From a virus: DNA of 18,578 bases. Of this stretch, positions 16,615-18,578 are shown piece by piece. Numbering within the stretch: position 1 is the stretch's first letter; each line of letters starts with the position of its first letter. Both the position numbers and the translations under genes were made by a program. The stretch lies in UHGV virus genome UHGV-0126919. The stretch is one strand, 5' to 3'. A model generated the notes under the pieces. That model was not told where the DNA came from. It made no database searches and saw only the letters and a list, made by a program, of their open reading frames with translations.

Positions 16615-16742
16615 GCCGTTTATCCGCTAAAATCCCCTCGCTTGTGCAAGCAAGTGGGCCTCGGTTTGTATCCACGGCACCCTGTGGGTATGAATGACTG
16701 TCGTCAGGTCGCAACTGACGGCGGTCGCCCACCTTCCAGTAA

Positions 16743-16787
16743 TAAAAAAGCCACCAGCATTAACTCCACAATGAGCTGGAGTTAATG
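16743..16787 (-). terminator. hairpin (11-bp perfect inverted repeat) plus U-run; possible weak terminator or regulatory hairpin
   Basis: Inverted repeat CATTAACTCCA / TGGAGTTAATG (16758-16768 and 16777-16787, 8-nt spacer). On the minus-strand transcript it is followed by GCUGGUGGC and a U6 run (plus-strand A-run 16743-16749). The 8-9 nt gap between stem and U-run makes terminator function uncertain. Confidence 0.3.
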
Positions 16788-16848
16788 AGGCAGCTTTGGT
16801 TTGCGCATTATCGCAGCCCCTGATAAGCACAAGAGCTGCTGTAATGCG

Positions 16849-17259
16849 TTACTCTGGTATCAAACAGATGTGGCCGTTATTTACCTCAATACGGGAATAT
16901 TCCGGCTTACCATCCACGATTCCGGTAATGACAAGTTCGCCATCAGGCGACCATTCTTCTTTGTCGTCTTCAAGTACCGCGCCTTCTGGCAAATCAATAC
17001 AGGCAAAAACAGGGCAGCCAGGATGACGTTTATCCTCCATCGCAATCAGCATCGACTCACCGAACCACTCTGTGGTAGCACGGCCATCAGCCGCCTGATA
17101 GTGAATCAGATACTGGTTTTCGCCATTTGCATACTGAGCACGGGCTTTAACTTCTCCCCATTCGTCACTGATACGCATTGTTACCAGTTGGGATAATTCA
17201 AACTTAAACGGAACAGCATCTGCACCAATGGCAATCGGTTTATCTTCTTTCTTTTCCAT
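16849..17259 (-). CDS. hypothetical protein (136 aa; track ORF extends to 17328)
   Basis: Internal ATG at 17259 has a good SD (AGGTGA, 5-nt spacer) and lies just downstream of the 17271-17300 terminator; the track's upstream extension would read through that hairpin. Acidic soluble protein, no family recognised. Confidence 0.5.
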   Translation of the reverse strand: MEKKEDKPIAIGADAVPFKFELSQLVTMRISDEWGEVKARAQYANGENQYLIHYQAADGRATTEWFGESMLIAMEDKRHPGCPVFACIDLPEGAVLEDDKEEWSPDGELVITGIVDGKPEYSRIEVNNGHICLIPE

Positions 17260-17270
17260 AACATCACCTG

Positions 17271-17300
17271 AAAATAAAAAGCCCCGCGACACCGCGAGGC
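17271..17300 (-). terminator. rho-independent terminator (minus strand)
   Basis: Minus-strand RNA: GCCUCGCG-GUGU-CGCGGGGC (8-bp GC-rich stem with one G-U pair, 4-nt loop) followed directly by UUUUUAUUUU. Lies 9 nt downstream of the 50-aa gene stop. Confidence 0.65.
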
Positions 17301-17308
17301 TGTAAGAG

Positions 17309-17461
17309 TTACTTTCGATAGAAATCAAGGCGCAATTGCTCCCGCTTACGCCGAAAAGCTCTCTGCGCCACTAAGATGCGCCACAGGACACCAGCGATAA
17401 CCACCAGCGAGATACAAAAACACACGGCCACAACCATCAGAAAAATGCCAACACCATTCAT
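17309..17461 (-). CDS. small single-pass membrane protein (50 aa), not in the ORF track
   Basis: ATG at 17461 overlaps the upstream TGA (ATGA). Translation MNGVGIFLMVVAVCFCISLVVIAGVLWRILVAQRAFRRKREQLRLDFYRK: hydrophobic N-terminal helix and strongly basic C-terminus. Followed by the 17271-17300 terminator. Below the track's 60-aa cut-off. Confidence 0.5.
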   Translation of the reverse strand: MNGVGIFLMVVAVCFCISLVVIAGVLWRILVAQRAFRRKREQLRLDFYRK

Positions 17462-17664
17462 GAAACTATCCATTCTTCAATGAATATCTCCAGTAATATC
17501 AAGAGATACGCCGTTCCCAGCGCGGTTCCTACCGATATAGCTAAGACAAACCTCAAAGATAACGAGGTGTCCTTCGCTTTTCTCCAGACGTAAGCGCCAG
17601 CCAGAAATACCAACAAATCTCTTATTGGAAGCGGAAACCAGAACAAATCACTCGGCAAGTCCAC
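17458..17664 (-). CDS. small two-transmembrane protein (69 aa from GTG; holin-like topology)
   Basis: The track's TTG start at 17715 lacks an RBS and overlaps the upstream gene by 49 nt. GTG at 17664 has SD AAGGA with a 7-nt spacer and sits right after the upstream stop (17667-17669). Two hydrophobic segments (…LFWFPLPIRDLLVFLAGAYVW… and …FVLAISVGTALGTAYLLILLEIFI…). Confidence 0.45.
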   Translation of the reverse strand: MDLPSDLFWFPLPIRDLLVFLAGAYVWRKAKDTSLSLRFVLAISVGTALGTAYLLILLEIFIEEWIVS

Positions 17665-17666
17665 GG

Positions 17667-18122
17667 TTATATCCTTCCATTCATTTTTATCGGGTGACCA
17701 GATAGCCTTAGGCAATTGAGCTGTAAAGCTCCTGTATCAACTAAATGATCAACTAACATGATTAGAGATTCATATTCAGCCAGATAGCTAACCTGACGCA
17801 TTCGACCGCCGTTGTTCTCCAGAATGTCAGCCACCTTTGCAGCCAACTCGCTTAGACAGAAGAACTTATTCCCATATATCGTTTTATACTCGCGCTTCTG
17901 GCATTCTTCGGCTTGCGGCTGGTTATCGAGAGCTATCAGCGACCGATGGCTATCAATGAAGTCCACAATCTCATTCAGGCATTCTTTAGCTGCCTCATCG
18001 TGACTTTTTCCGTATGCTTCACGGAGGACTTTCATCCTCATCATTGCTCCGTCACATATAGTCGAAAGCGCGTAAAGCACATCACTAACCGCCATTTCTT
18101 TTTTGGTGCTTGTCGAAGGCAT
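17667..18122 (-). CDS. hypothetical protein (151 aa), first gene after the upstream terminator
   Basis: ATG at 18122 with SD AAGGAG about 9 nt upstream; the 18148-18173 terminator lies just upstream of that RBS. Soluble, no family recognised. Confidence 0.5.
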   Translation of the reverse strand: MPSTSTKKEMAVSDVLYALSTICDGAMMRMKVLREAYGKSHDEAAKECLNEIVDFIDSHRSLIALDNQPQAEECQKREYKTIYGNKFFCLSELAAKVADILENNGGRMRQVSYLAEYESLIMLVDHLVDTGALQLNCLRLSGHPIKMNGRI

Positions 18123-18147
18123 CCCATGTTCTCCTTTGTCTGGATGT

Positions 18148-18173
18148 AAAAAAGCCCCGGCAATTGCCGAGGC
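18148..18173 (-). terminator. rho-independent terminator (minus strand)
   Basis: Minus-strand RNA: GCCUCGGC-AAUU-GCCGGGGC (8-bp GC-rich stem with one G-U pair, 4-nt loop) followed directly by UUUUUU. Lies downstream of the 65-aa gene and about 10 nt upstream of the RBS of the 151-aa gene. Confidence 0.7.
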
Positions 18174-18196
18174 TCGTTGTTCGTTATCGTTACGGT

Positions 18197-18394
18197 TTAA
18201 TGCTCGCGTCGTCCGGCGACAACTTCGGATTTGTATTTCAGGTCGCCCAGCAAGAATTGCAGTTTAAGCATCTTTGCCGCCGTGTAGTTCCCTGATTCCA
18301 CAACCTCTTTCATGAGGTCATAAACGGCCGCTACATCATCAGCCAGGAACTCTTTGCGTTGCTGCTCAGTCGCACGTTTGAAGGAAATACGCAT
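18197..18394 (-). CDS. hypothetical small protein (65 aa)
   Basis: ATG at 18394 overlaps the TGA of the upstream partial ORF (TGATG), with SD AGGAG about 10 nt upstream. No family recognised. Confidence 0.4.
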   Translation of the reverse strand: MRISFKRATEQQRKEFLADDVAAVYDLMKEVVESGNYTAAKMLKLQFLLGDLKYKSEVVAGRREH

Positions 18395-18578
18395 CACTCA
18401 TCATCTCCTGCCGCACATACAACCTCACAAAAAAAATCAGCAGAATGTTTCTCCTTGAACGAATGACGCTCAAAACCGCACTCAATATCAGGCGCAAAAA
18501 CATCCACCACATACGGTCTTTCAGAATGTTTGTTTTCCCAACGATAAACCGTAGTGACGTTGAAATGTTTTAACGCTT
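18394..18578 (-). CDS. partial CDS, C-terminal end of a gene starting beyond the window
   Basis: Minus-strand frame open for 60 codons from the window edge to TGA at 18394-18396 (…VYRWENKHSERPYVVDVFAPDIECGFERHSFKEKHSADFFCEVVCAAGDDE). Absent from the track because its start is outside the window. Function unknown. Confidence 0.35.
   Translation of the reverse strand, partial: ALKHFNVTTVYRWENKHSERPYVVDVFAPDIECGFERHSFKEKHSADFFCEVVCAAGDDE

Noticed and set aside
17667-18122. 151-aa protein as an M15-type peptidase or lysozyme-like endolysin
   Set aside because: Short matches to zinc-peptidase motifs (SHRSLIALD, VDHLVD) do not fit the spacing of known M15 signatures, and no lysozyme catalytic pattern or SAR signal is evident; left as hypothetical.
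18176-18400. Region between the partial upstream ORF and the 18148-18173 terminator as a noncoding 6S-like late leader RNA (lambda pR'-tR' analogy)
   Set aside because: The 65-aa ORF here has an SD and a TGATG overlap with the upstream ORF, so a coupled protein-coding gene is more likely than a noncoding leader; no clear -35/-10 promoter was found by eye.
1-18578. CRISPR arrays, integrase/attachment sites, IS elements, rRNA/tRNA genes
   Set aside because: No regularly spaced direct repeats with unique spacers, no integrase or transposase-like ORF, no terminal inverted repeats bracketing a transposase-sized ORF, and no rRNA or complete tRNA structure seen in the window.

Overview
The window is almost entirely one leftward-transcribed (minus-strand) block of a tailed-phage (prophage) late region; plus-strand ORFs in the track all lie antisense inside these genes and look spurious. 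Read right to left: a partial gene and small unknown genes bounded by two strong intrinsic terminators; a trio of a 151-aa protein and two small membrane proteins (possible non-canonical lysis genes, no endolysin recognised); a 136-aa unknown; then a cargo module of a ParB-like protein, a ParB-like/class I SAM methyltransferase fusion and a basic 239-aa protein; a 556-bp AT-rich noncoding region; a second ParB-like paralog coupled to a lambda-like packaging and head module (Nu1-like small terminase, gpA-like large terminase, W, portal, S49 protease/scaffold, D-like, E-like capsid); an AT-rich neck module (FII-like plus two unknowns); and a contractile tail module (sheath, tube, frameshifted chaperone, tape measure running off the left edge). 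This lambda-like head joined to a myovirus-type tail resembles the SfV-type mosaic. Most notable: (i) the ParB-like / ParB-methyltransferase / basic-protein cargo, where the methyltransferase shows class I motifs but no canonical DNA amino-methyltransferase (D/N/S)PP(Y/F/W) motif; (ii) frame breaks in two essential genes, large terminase and tape measure, suggesting a decaying prophage or sequence errors; (iii) a canonical -1 slippery heptamer in the tail chaperone; (iv) twin terminators of near-identical architecture. All homology calls are from by-eye comparison with remembered reference proteins; no database search was run.
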